Both the position numbers and the translations under genes were made by a program. Source: Marsupella aquatica (taxonomy: Eukaryota; Plantae; Marchantiophyta). Taken from it: 64,000 nucleotides of DNA. Below, piece after piece: positions 37,401 through 49,504 of this stretch. The DNA lies in NCBI GenBank assembly GCA_973895155.1, contig OZ316899.1, positions 7,691,241-7,755,240 of the forward strand. Reading direction: 5' to 3'. Position 1 is the first letter of the stretch, and every line of letters starts with the position of its first letter. Below the pieces are notes generated by a model. That model did not search any database. It was not told the DNA's origin and worked only from the letters and a program-made list of their open reading frames with translations.

Positions 37401-38632
37401 AGGTGTACCGACAATGCTTTGAGATGATCCATAATTTTGTTGAGCTTGTCTGCTTCAGTAGCCTTTGGATCGGGGATCGTTTGTCAAACACAAGGCTTGA
37501 CCTTCTCTTCCTTCTTAGCTCGCCTCTTCTTCTTCTTGCTCTGGCTCTCGCTCTCCGAATCACTTCTTGATGAATTGGAAGTGGAGGATCCGTTGGTTGA
37601 ACTCAAATCCGAACTAGATTCCGTCTCCGAACTAGACGAGGTCGAACGATGTTTCTTCTTCTTCTTCTTGCGTTTCTTCTTCTTCTTGTCGTCCGGTTTG
37701 GAGTCACTGTCACTGAAGGTCTCATATTTGCCCTTATGTTGGCGTGCCCGTTGACTTTGCCGAGAGTTATAAGTGGACTCCCGGTAGGTTTTGGCGCACG
37801 CTATGGCCGCTTGTATTGAAATTGGATTATTTTGGCGCACCCAAAATTGCATATTTGTGGGCAAACCGTGGAGAAACCACGTAAGCTGGAGCGCATCCCC
37901 TGGCCTGGGCCGGATCTTGGCGGCAAGTTTCTGAAACTTCTGAATGAACTTTTGCAAGGATTCCTTCTTTCCCATGCAAAGTTGGCCGATCTTTAATAAA
38001 GAACACTGCTCTGATCCAATGGCACAAAACTCTTGCAGCAACGCCGCTTGGAATTGTGCCCATGTAGTCCCGGGTGGCAGCAAGTTGTACCATGGACGAG
38101 ATTCTCCCCGCATCACACCGGGGAGGATGGTTAGCTTAATGGCATCTTCTCCATTGGCCTTAGCAGTGGCTTCAAATTCATCCAACCATTCATCCGGATC
38201 GTCCCCATGACGCCCTTTGAAAGGTCGATAATGAAATCATGACCGTTGTGATACTTGTGGGGGAGCTTGGGCAGCGTGGGCCATAGCCGGTGGGGCTGCT
38301 GCCATTGGTACTGCTAGCGGTGGCGCAGCAAGGACCGGAGTAGGACCGGCTGGTCCGGACCCCAAAGGTCCCGATGGTATGTTCATTCGTCGAGGCAATA
38401 GCAAATCCTCTGAGCTTGAGGATTTGGAGCTTGTTGTGGCTGCACTTTCTTGTTTGCTGGTCAATCTTCTCAAGTAAGCGGCTTGAGATCGGGTGACGGG
38501 CATCTACTCGTATAATGACAATGGTTAGTAACAAACTGGGGCCAGGTGTACCTCACCCTGGTGCATTCGCACATGTCTCCCCTCTACTATAAGTAGAGTG
38601 CCCCCTCCATCTAGCGCCAAAAACAAAGGCTA
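34408..38632 (-). mobile_element. internal region of a gypsy element: gag with CCHC knuckles, protease, RT; RNase H deleted; integrase truncated at 34408
   Basis: ORFs 37484..38185 (gag), 36854..37432 (CSKCFQFGHVVQEC, CYNCEKSGHFAREC), 35939..36232 (LVDGGAG), 34535..34915 (FIDDF). Confidence 0.92.
38601..38619 (-). promoter_or_regulatory. primer-binding site complementary to the 3' end of tRNA-Asn
   Basis: Minus strand TGGCGCTAGATGGAGGGGG vs plant tRNA-Asn(GTT) 3' end ...CCCTCCTTCTAGCG-CCA as recalled (1 mismatch); 13 nt downstream of the LTR end at 38633. Confidence 0.75.
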
Positions 38633-41600
38633 TGTCACGTCGTCAGCCTAGGCCTTAACCCGGGCTTTGGCTTAGACAGGCACATCCTTCGTAAATATGA
38701 GGGTTTGGGTAGGGAGGGACGCAGGAAATGCTCCTAACTCACGTAAACTAGCGCTAAGTGCGCTTATTGTTATGTACAGACACCTCCTAGGTATAGTTTG
38801 TGTTCCACCGCCGGAACGTACCTTAGTCAACACGGGGTTGACCCTGGATTACGGACTTCTAGGCCTTTGTGTTACCGCCTTCGATCCGGATCCATTAGTA
38901 CAAGTGCTCAACCCCGGCTTGCAACCCCATATCCGTAACCTGCACCCCATGCATGCTTGGCATAACGTGTTCGGCCCAGCATTGATACTTGCACACGAGA
39001 CTCATACATGCATTTACACATAAACATAAATCTCGATTTACACGAAGGAATTGAGGGGAAAGGATTTCATTCATTTATGATCATACATTTACGATTGGTT
39101 GACCCGACACCTCGTGAACGCACGGGCCCAAGGCCGAGGAGTATACACTACAACGGAGTGAGCTCTAGTTGTATACCCTCCCCTTGGCGCTCCGGTACTT
39201 CACCAAGTTCAAGACTCCCCACGTGTACCGCGAATGGCCAACTTCTGAGTCTAAAATCCCCCCCCCCCTTGCCTCTACCAGGGGGCTGCTAAATACTAAG
39301 GGTTGAGAACCAGTCTGGCCTCGTGCCCGAATCTACGCTAACTATATCCTCGCTAAGCTGGTTACGGCTTGTCCTATTAGTCTAACCTATTCTATACAGG
39401 CTGGCTAATGTGTCAGCGCCGCTATCTTCTGGTCGGCACTTGTCCTAACAGCCTGTTTTAGCTACTCCTAGTTCCATTCTAAGCCTAACCCTTCGCTAAT
39501 GCCTGGTGCGCTTTCCAGAGCCGTCCGAGTGGGAGCGGCCATCCCGCTGCCTACGGAGCCTGTCGTTGTCCATCTTGAGGAGCTGGATTTGGTCCAGCAG
39601 AGATTCGTTCTCTCGCTTCGCTGCGTCCGTCTCCTCCGCTGCCTCCTGGCATGCCTCTTCCAGCTGCTGGGCGTCGCTCGTCAGCTTGCCCACCATCTGG
39701 TTTTGCTTCTCGGCTTCGGTTTGAAGCCGTGCTACTTTGGCCTGTAGGGCGGCTATCTCCGCAGTGTCACGCTGGGCCCGCTCTTCGGCCTCCTCCAGGC
39801 CTTTCTGCCAGATGACAGTTTGGTTCTTCAAACTGTCAACCTAGGTCCGGAGCCGTGCAATCTCGGCCTCCTTCCCAACTTTGGCCTGTTTTCTGGACCC
39901 TCGGGCTCAACCAAGTCTTCTACCGCTTTGACTTTTGCTCTCGGCCCGGCCTGGTTGATCGTGTCTAAGGTTGCGATTACTGCCTTGTCTGGTACCACTT
40001 TGGCCACGGCTACGGCTATGGCTACTTGTGGAGGTGGGGTGGGTGAGGCCTGCATGGTCGCCAGACTTTGGGCCTCGGGTTGGGGCCGTCTGTCCAAGGC
40101 CGTGAAGACTCACCTAGCTGGGACCAACTTAGTTATGTTGACCCGGGGAAGGGTTCATCGATCAAACCGGGCGTACCACTCAAGAATGATCTCGATGTGG
40201 CTTGCAAAATACGCCTTCCCGCCGATGTATAGCGACTTCCTTCGCCGCTCCATCTCTTCATGGAACTTCTTAGCGAAGTACGACGCCCACTTCCTAGGTC
40301 GATAGTTCTCGACCTGGATAACCTAGGCAGCAGAGATCTCACCCGGGGTTCCATCATGTGGAGGGCGTACCTCTGGAACTCCAGTCGCTTGGCTATCTCG
40401 GGGATGAGGCAGGTCCTCATCACAAACCCGTTGTCCACTGATCCCTCGGAGGGAAAACTCGAGGATTGGTACTTGGCTCCTTTGCCCCCGGGAGCCCGTG
40501 ATTTGACTCGGTGATCTCCCTCGGGTAGCCCAAAGATCATCCTAAGCCGCTCCACTATGAGGGACATATTCCTCCCCTGCAACCGAGTATGTTGATGGAC
40601 ATCATCATAATTCTTGACAAATTCTGTCATGTCCTCCCCGTAGTACCTGCAGGTGTTCCAGGGGAGAGGGGCGAGGTGCTCAAACCCCTGAGTCTTCAAG
40701 TACACCGCATGTTTGGGGTGGAGGATGTTCTTATGCACGTTGTCCCCCATGCGGTGCATTGTCACCTTCGCTGCAGCTACCGTGGCCATGGGTAACCCGA
40801 ATACAGCTGCGGGTTCCTTCCTCTTCTTCCCCCGAGACTGGCTCGGGGAGGGTGACACCTCCCCATCTTCTCGATTGGGTATAGGTAGTGCCACCGCCGT
40901 TAGTATTGGGGCCGGGGCGGCTACGGTCACCGTGTTGTCTGTTGGAGCCGCTACTCGGGTCCGGGCCTGGGGAGGGGGCGATGTAGTCCCGGATCCCTGA
41001 GTGTTTGCTCTTCTGGGTCGCCTAAACAGGGGTAACGTAGCCTCTTCATTGTTGTTGAGATCTACGGCGTTGATGATGGATCTCACCTGTATGGGCGGGG
41101 CGATTGGGTTTGGCTAGGGGCTGAGGCTGAGCCTGAGCCTGAGGCTGAGCTGGTGCTGGTGCGGGCACGGGCACGGCTGGGCTGGCACCGGTGGTTGATG
41201 GTACGGTTGCCATGAAATTCTGCAGGTGCCGGTAGAGGTTTTCTGAAGCAAGTGTAGACGCCCTTGTAGACTGGGTAGTGTTGGACTTGCTGTTGATGAT
41301 GTCCCGGACCTGAGCGGGGATGTGGTCAAAGTAGTGCCGTTGTAAGTTGATCGTGCCTGGGATATTGAAGACCACATCCGGAAGCCAAAGCAAGGCTTCC
41401 CAGAAACTGATATATTTGCCTCCGTCAAAGAAGTACCCTGATATCTCTTTGGGTCAATAAAGCTCGCTCTAGGACGGGTAGTCAAAGTTAAGGAGATAGT
41501 GATGGCGGCCTGCTAGGTAGATGGCTCTCTCGTACTCGCATTCAATCTTGTATCATCGCGTGTTGGCGTATTTTAATGAGTCGGCCAAGTGCAGCCCAAT

Positions 41601-42130
41601 AGACAGGAACTACGTCCAGAATCGCAAGGCCGAACTAGAAAGGATCGTGTGCGACATTCAGGGGAGATAGAAGGCGACTAAGGATAAGCAAGAGAACTGG
41701 GGTCGAAGCTGGCGCGTGAACTGAAGAACTGGTGCACTGCAAAGGATCGGCCCCCTTTTTCTACCCTGAGAGCTCGCTGATCGCCCAACGCCTCCCCGTC
41801 GCTTATAGGCCGAGCCTTTCACGCTTGCAGTGTACCGGCCACTCCACCGGTCCGGGTCAGCACGTGTCAATGGCCGCCTCCCAAAGTTTGTTATACGGAC
41901 CCGAGGGGGAAAGGTGAGGGCCTATTACATGCTCGCAACCCGGGCGTGCAAATGGCAACCCGCCGCCAGCCTGAACACAAACGCCCCTTATTGACTAATG
42001 ATTTCCTACTCATAATGGCTACCTAAATACTCTCATTATGCTAATAATTATGGCCTAAGATACCCCTAAGGCGCGTGCTAAGCGTCGTTAGGCCGAATCA
42101 CTCATTACCCACCATACCGGCGGCGTCACA
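38633..42130 (-). mobile_element. 5' LTR, family A (3498 bp), containing a degenerate long ORF
   Basis: TGTGACGCCGCC...GACGTGACA on the minus strand; directly upstream of the PBS and gag; colinear with 59285-63285 except for a deletion of about 0.5 kb. Confidence 0.92.
39496..41657 (-). pseudogene. LTR-encoded protein, family A (stops, frameshifts, internal deletion)
   Basis: ORFs 41046..41393, 40133..41086, 39828..40097 and 39496..39831 are homologous to the 855-aa ORF; ATG (MSHTIL) at 41657. Confidence 0.88.
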
Positions 42131-44596
42131 CCGGTATCCCACGCAATTTGTTGGGAGAAGTCCCCCAGCAACCCATTCAAAAATATGCCCGGTGCAAAGA
42201 GTTCGTGGTACTCCAGATTATGCCCATTTGGGTTCGGGCAAGGATAGACCCCAGCTCGCGCGGGAGTCGGAGTGCTAACGTCTAGCCCTTGAAATATGAC
42301 AGCAAAGGGGGTTGGGTTTGCACGGGATGCATGGTTCTCTTGGACAGCCGTGGAGGGTATCAGGGGTCTCTGTAACCGCAGTCTTGGGCCCGGGGCTGGC
42401 TTTTGCTAACCCAACTTTGATGGTCGCACTGGCCTGGTTGATGGAATCCAGGGTCGCGATAATTGCATCATCTGATACAAACGGAGGGACAGCAGCGGCT
42501 GGTTGTGGGGCCAGGGTTGTGGGCCTCACGACCACCGGACTTCTGGCCTTGGGCTGGGGTCGCCTTTCTAGGGCCGGGAATACCCACCGTGATGGGGTTA
42601 GCTCGGGCTCGTTGAGCCAAGGGAGACTTTGGCGGTCAAAACGGGCATACCACTTGATGATGATTTCAATGTGGCTTGCGAGGTACGCCTTCCCGCCAAG
42701 GTACAAGGTCTTGCTTTGCCACTCCATCTCCTCGTGGAACTTCTTGACAAAGAAAGAAGCCCACTTCCTAGGCTGGTAGTTTTTGACCTGGATGACTTGG
42801 GCAGCAGATATTTTGCCCCTTGGTTCCATCATGTGGAGGGCGTACCTCTGGAACTCTTGTTGCTCCGCTATCTCCGAGATGAGGCATGTCCTCATCAAGA
42901 ATCCGTTGTCCACTGCTCCTTCGGTCGGGAAGCTAGAGGACTGATACTTGGCTCCCTTGCCCCTGGGAGCTCGTGATTCCACCCGATTTACTCCTTTGGG
43001 TAGGCCAAAGATCATCTTGAGCCGTGCTTGGCTGAGGGACATCACTCTTCCATGCGCACGAGTTTGTTGGCGGGCCTCGTCAAAGTTCTGGATGAACTCC
43101 ATCATATCCTGCCCATAGTACGTGCTAGCATTCCAAGGGAGAGAGGCAAGGTGCTCAAACCCTTGGGTCTTCAGGTAGCATGCATGCTTGGGGTGGAGAA
43201 TGTTCTTGTGGACATTCTCCCCCATGTGATGCATGGTCAGCTTGGCCACCAATACTGTGGCCAAAGGCAGCCCGGATAGAGCCGCGGGTTCCTTTCTCTT
43301 CCTACCCCAAGACTGGTTCCCGGGGTGACTTGTAGAGGGGGACATCTCCCGTTCCTCTCTATCGGGTGGCGGCAGTGCTACTGCCATAAGTATTGGTGCT
43401 GGGGCAGCCACTGTTACCGTGTCATCTACCAGAGCTGCCACTCGAGTCCGGGCTTGTGCGGGTGGTGACGTGTTGCCCGGCTTGTGTGTGCTCGCCCCTC
43501 AAGATCGCCGGTGCAAGGGAGGGTGAGCCTCTTTGTCCTTGGAACTGATGTTTACTGCGTTCACCACAGATTGTACCCAGAGGGGTGGTGCGACCGGTGG
43601 TGGAGATTAGCTTGGCTGAGGCCGAGGTGGTGTTGGTGAGGGCACCAATGAGTCGACAACGGTTGTAGCTGGAGGAGGCGCCATAAGATTCAGCAAGTCT
43701 GAGGGGAAGCCAAGTGAGGTCAGGAAGGATGTCTTGCCCGGATCTGCATTACCAAACTGATGGTTTATGGAAGCCTGAACTTTGGCAGGGATATGGTTGA
43801 AGTGGTGCCGCTGCAAGTCTATCGTGCCTGGGAGTGTGAAGACCTTGTCTGGAAGTTGAAGAAGTGCTTCTTGGAAGCCAAACTTACTTTAGACCGTCGA
43901 AGAAGTATTCACAGATCTCGTTGGCTCGACAGAGCTTGCTTTGGAACGGAAGGTTGAAATCGCCGTTATAGTGAGAGCGCCCGGCTAGACGGATGAGTCG
44001 CTCGTACTGCCTTTTGGTTTCATACCGGCGCGGATTAACTTTGGCCAACAACTTTGCTAAATGATTTTTGACGGATAGAAATTGAAGCCAAAACCGAAAA
44101 GCCTAACTGGACATAATCATGACAGACATACAAAAAACGGTGGTGGAGGATTAAGGAGCAGATGAGCAAGCTAGGGTCAAATTTGGCGCGAGGAGTGAAG
44201 TGTTGATGCTAAGCAAGAGAACGGCCTGCCTTTTATACCCTGAGAGCTTGTTGGCCGAATGGCCCCTTCCTCTTTCCGATAGGCCAATCCTTTCACGCTT
44301 GTAGTGTACCAACCACTCCGCAGGTCCGGGTCAGAGTGTGTCGGCGAGCCGCCCCCTTGAGTTGTTATACGGATCCAAGGAGGCATCCCTACACGCTTGT
44401 AACCCGGTAATATGAATGGCGCTCCACCGCCAGCCCGAGCGTAAATGCTCCTTATTGACTAATGATGTCCTAGTTGTGATTACTACCTACTTTAGTGTCG
44501 TTGTGCTAATAACTACGGACTACTATGTCCATATCGCGCGTGCTAAGCATGGATTAGACCGGATCACTCATTAACCGTCGTGCTGGCGGCGTCACA
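42131..44596 (-). mobile_element. 5' portion of an older, diverged family A LTR with its ORF (ATG about 44129), interrupted at 42130 by a younger family A element
   Basis: Terminus GGCGGCGTCACA at 44596; ORF 42275..43441 contains HPKHACYLKTQGFEHLASLPWN. Confidence 0.88.
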
Positions 44597-45241
44597 TAAA
44601 GGACCGCTGGAGCTTGATGTGAAGATTCAAGGATGTGTTGTGCAAAGAGTACCAGTGGGCGGTGGGTCCAACATTAACCTCGTGACCCAACGAACAACAT
44701 TGAATCTTGGATTCACTAAGTTTGAGACCACACTAAATATCCTACGCATGGTTGACTAATCCCAAGTTGTTCCAGCAAGGAAGTTAAGTAAGGTTGAGAC
44801 CCTCATTGCTGGTGTCCCTTTTGAATTGGAATATGTGGTCATAAGTCTTGAAGTACCTTCAAGTTTCCCAGTCGTGTTAGGCCAATCCTAGTTGTATAAA
44901 GCCCAAGTACAGGTGAATTGGATAGCCCAAGAGATGTCTTTTGGTAAGCCCAAAGTAGTTGTGAGCTGGGCTAGTGATGCATATAAAAGTGAGACATCGG
45001 ACTAATGATGGTTATACATCAGATATTTCAGATTCTAACTTGATTTTGGAACCTATGGAGTTTGAACTGGAAGAGGTCCAATACTTAGAGATTTATTTGT
45101 CTGAAGTTGGGAAGGATCTTGATTGAAATTTGCACAATCCTCTTGACAATTAATGCCCAAACATAAGCTGCCTAATGTACAAAGAGTGCCCTTGGTTACA
45201 AGGCAGCGCCCGTCCGCTCCAAAAGACGTTAAACCAGAAGT
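44597..45241 (+). pseudogene. degenerate gypsy aspartic protease remnant
   Basis: Reads ..VQRVPVGGGSNINL...LIAGVPFELEYVVI...SSFPVVLGQS*LY, paralleling LVDGGAGVNI...SSYPVLLGRPWLY at 35939..36232. Confidence 0.7.
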
Positions 45242-48200
45242 CACTAGAAGAAACCAAGCTATTTTGAGACCACAATATGTGACTCATTTTGGCTTGTGTG
45301 ACTTCATTGTGGCTCAACTTGACGTGACCCAGGCTGTGACCCTTGGAGTTGCAAAAGTTGAGACCAGAAAATAGAAGTCGCTCTTGATACACACCATCGT
45401 GACTTGCGTGATACCCATTTGTGACTGATTTATGACTCCATCATGGAGTCTAGCCTTGTTGATACATGACTGTAACATGACTTTAATTAGTCACGGGGAA
45501 AGTCAATTCCATGACTTAGTCACCCTTGGAAGCGTTGTCAACCTTCTTAAGAGAGACTAACTTGTGACATTTTTGTATCACATATTAGACCAAGGAAAAC
45601 TCTGGTACGAGTCACACAACACAACCATTTGGGTCTCTACATAGTCATGTTTATAACTAATAAGATTGAGTGGAATTTAAGGAAGTTGTAACCATGACTA
45701 ATCCACTAATGGAAGGTAGCAATTGTGTAACAGTTTTGTGGGCATGTAGTTCATAGGAGAGATGGTCGATTCATGAGCACTCCACATTGCAATACATCTA
45801 AACATTCATATTCATCATCACTTTAGAAGTATAACACACTGAATACAATAAATAAACACATCATCAATGACATCCATATGAAACAAAGCATGATATAAGC
45901 ATATGCTTCATATAACTCATTCATAAGAATTAAACAGAATCACAATACAGTTGAAAGATGATGATGAATTCAATTACAATTGCACAGTTTACAATGTCAT
46001 CAATGTGATTCAGAGAAAACATAAACTTCTAAACTGATAATTGTTTGAAACAATTGAAAGCAAATGCATGATACTATCAATTATCAAACATGATTGCGCA
46101 TTGCTTCTTGAGTTCTAAAATCTACAAAGCATGACTGACACTACAAACAAATAATGACATCACATTGTTATGGATCCTCTATGTACTTTGGCCATAATAC
46201 CAAAGAACCTCAGCATCTCCAAGTGTCTTCTAAGGAGGATCATCATTTGTGTTCGGAATGAGAAACACAACTTTAGTTTTCACTAGTAATGTGATTAACA
46301 CTATTGAATAACCTGGTGGGATCCTTTTGCCATGGAACGGTGTAGAACCAACTTGCACTCTGCCAAATCCTACTTGTGTTCCACTTTCATCAACAGCTAA
46401 CAAGCCACTCTATCCCTCTGCATTAGGTGCCTTCCCCACTTCCACCTTAGATCTTTCTATCAACACCAATCTTGGAGGTTTGTATGAAACCTTTAATGTG
46501 GCTTTCCTCCCAACAGACTTGCTTCGTGTGCGCATGCTTCCTCTCTTCACAGTAGTGAAGCAAGGCTCAATAGGTTTGTCACGCGATTGACATGGGTCTT
46601 AACACCAAAGACGTCACTATGGGTGCCAAAACCATCTCCTTGTACCTGAGGATCACGAAGGGATGTTGTGAAGGCCGGTGAACACAAATTTATGCCCTTA
46701 ACACCAGACTATCATAACAAGACTCCGTCACACATCACCCAAGCTCAATCCCTAAGAACCAAGGTTGGGAATCAGATCTGCGCTCATGATAGTTCTGGTG
46801 AGAAGGGGTCTTCATATCGGGCCCGTACACACAGGGCCTAGCGGTACGGTGCGCATAGGTCTATACGTATACTTACTATCATAGGTATGTTTCTATTCCG
46901 CCGCCGGAATGTACCCATAAACCAGTGACTCCTGACTGATTCCCGGCTTAGGGATTTCTAAGCCATTGCCCCACCACTCTGCCATTCCACTCTCAGCAAT
47001 CAGAGCTATGACAGTCCTCACCCAGCCCGCTTCAATGCACCCTGTACACCTCTCAGTGGCGCTGCTAGTCCCATCATACACTCAGATTGCCTCACACACA
47101 CACACATCCATGAGAGAAATGAGGCCTGAGAGGAAAACTCAATTAGATTCAACGATGTGCACAATAGTTCACTGAGAACACTTGATCCAAACAATAGGCC
47201 CGAAGGCTGTCTACTCCAGATTGCGACGTGCTTGCCCCGCAAGCCCCGTGCTTGCCATGCAAGCTCAATCCTGAACCTGAGTCCGGCTCACTCCAGATTG
47301 TGACGGCAGATTGGACTCGAACCAATCCTGTACTTGCCTTGCAAACTGCACTTCATTCTTGGGGGCACATACAGATCTCACACCTCCAATTCAGAACGTC
47401 AAGTTACGCATGCACAGTTGACTCGACTTCAAAGCTGGTACCAGGCCTAACGACGATCTATCCCAGACTGCAATGAGGCCCGGCCTCACGCTTGCCCTGC
47501 AAGCTCCGCTCTGGCCATAGATCCCTTAGTGCTCTCCACCAGACAAAGGTCGAGACTCCCCATGGATCACGTAGCCTTGCCAGACTGAACTGTAAATGCT
47601 CCTCCTGCTGCCCCTCAATCAGTGTCTCAGCCTCCCTAATGTGCTCATCACAAATCAAATTGACATCCTCCCCACAGTTTACAATCACCAATACATCACC
47701 TATCACCAAGGCTCTGTATCGGGGGAAAAGAACCCAGTTGTGCTGCCCACTAGAAAGAGCCACAATCCAGCTCGCAAACCTAGCAACCTGTTGCTGTGAA
47801 ACTTGGCTGATTACTCCCTGAGTAATAGCACAACCAAGCTCTCCCCAACACGCAGCGTCCAAGTCCAGCCTTGCTTGCACAGAGCTCCTCCCTGCTACTC
47901 AGTCTAAGTGAGATCACACAATTGAAGTCTCCCCCCCCCCTTGCCTCTACCGGGGGCTGCTCTATATACTCTCATGCTGAGCCCAAATGGGTGGATATTA
48001 TGCTGTTGGAGCCCCATCCTAGCCCTAACAGAGCCGCCACTATCTCTAACTACTGAACCCTAACTCGCAACTTTATTTCTATCTCGAATTGGCTATGTTC
48101 TTCGGATTTGGCCCTCCTCCATGGTTTTTGCGAGCTTGCGCCTCCTCTCCCAATTTCTCTATTGAACCATTGCTGCGTGGATAGCAGCGTTGGAAGCGGC

Positions 48201-49142
48201 TTGAGCTCCTCTTTCCAACGAGGTCAATTATAGCCGATTTGGGCAAATACACAGAAAGTTATGCCCCCGTAACCGAGAGGGGGTACACATTGCTATGCTA
48301 ACCCGAGTTACATAGCTAACCCGAGTTCGGCTAACCTAGCTATCCTATCTAACCCGAGTAGAGCTAACCCGTGGTCTCGGGTTAGGCCGCTACCCACTAT
48401 CCGCTAACCTAGGCTAAGCTGAGCCTGAACCCGAGCTTGCCTAAGCTAACCCGAGCCCGAGTTTAGGCTAACCCAAGTTCAGTCTAACCCGGGATCAATC
48501 TAATCCGAACCCGGGTTAAGCCTAAACTGAAGCTGTGCTGACCTGAGCTAAGCTGAAGCCGTGCTTACCTGAGCTAAGTTGAAGCCGTGCTTACCTAAGC
48601 TAAACTGAAGCCATGCTTACCTAAGCTAAGCCGTGGCCGAGCTTGGGTTAACCCGAAACTGAAGCCGAATCCGCTAATTTCGGCCACAGATTAACCCGTC
48701 ACACTAATCAGGCCGTATCTTCCTTAATACACCTCCGTTTCCCAAGTGTTTTATATCGATTTTACTCGCCTTGACCAGATCTTTCCAATGCTCTTTACAG
48801 ATCCGGATTTGGTGACATATTGAAAGAGATATGGTCGCCAACCACCCACGACATAGCTTTTATTTCCCTACTCTTAACGCCATGATTGCCCTTATTCTTG
48901 CCATCTTGCTAATTCTTATGCAATATCAATAGCTACTCCTTGCATACAGCAGCCTAGTTAATCAGATTAAAGAATAAGGACCATGTCATCAGCGTCACAA
49001 GGTTCCTCTATTGGGATTGTCACAATAGCAGGTACCTCACCTGGGAGTGTCATACCAACAAACTATTTGGTTGGATTTATCACAACAAGAGGCACACTTG
49101 TCGTTGACAATGACACATTCTGCAAATCATTTATCTCTGCAA
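45242..49142 (-). mobile_element. CACTA/En-Spm element end 1, with subterminal GTGAC/GTCAC repeats and the 3' end of a TnpA/DUF8039-like gene (about 46170-46576 and 49005-49142)
   Basis: CACTAGAAGAAA at 45242; the minus strand encodes VGFGRVQV...FHGKRIPPGYSIV...IPNTNDDPP.KTLGDA. Confidence 0.72.
46577..48999 (-). mobile_element. solo LTR, family B copy 3 (2423 bp)
   Basis: TGTCACG...CGTCACA; perfect TSD AGGTT (46572-46576 and 49000-49004). Confidence 0.95.
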
Positions 49143-49504
49143 CACTAGAAGAAAACATGGTCTTTTATGACCAACTGCCCAATGACATATGGAAATGCAT
49201 AAATGACGTAAATCCTCAATGACACAAAATGAATGACCAAAGAATGATTGTCCAAAATGACCAATAGACTGAAATGACAAAATGATCGCTTTTGCGTCAT
49301 TTTGTAAAATGTATGTAATGATTGATATGACCAAAATGACACAATTTTCTTAATATGCTCAATTTAGACATAGGTCCTAAATGCCGCAACCAATCACAAC
49401 AATGATAACTCATTGTTTAGCACCATTGTCATTACTTTGGACAACGATTCAAATGACCAAAAACCTATTTGGGTGATTTTGGACAACGGTAATAAATGAC
49501 AAAA

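Noticed and set aside
38601-38619. tRNA gene
   Set aside because: Only the 3' ~19 nt including CCA are present, as expected for a PBS; no cloverleaf.
39499-43279. Numerous plus-strand ORFs over the family A LTR genes (also 60186-62678)
   Set aside because: They are antisense shadows of GC-rich coding sequence with no independent motifs.
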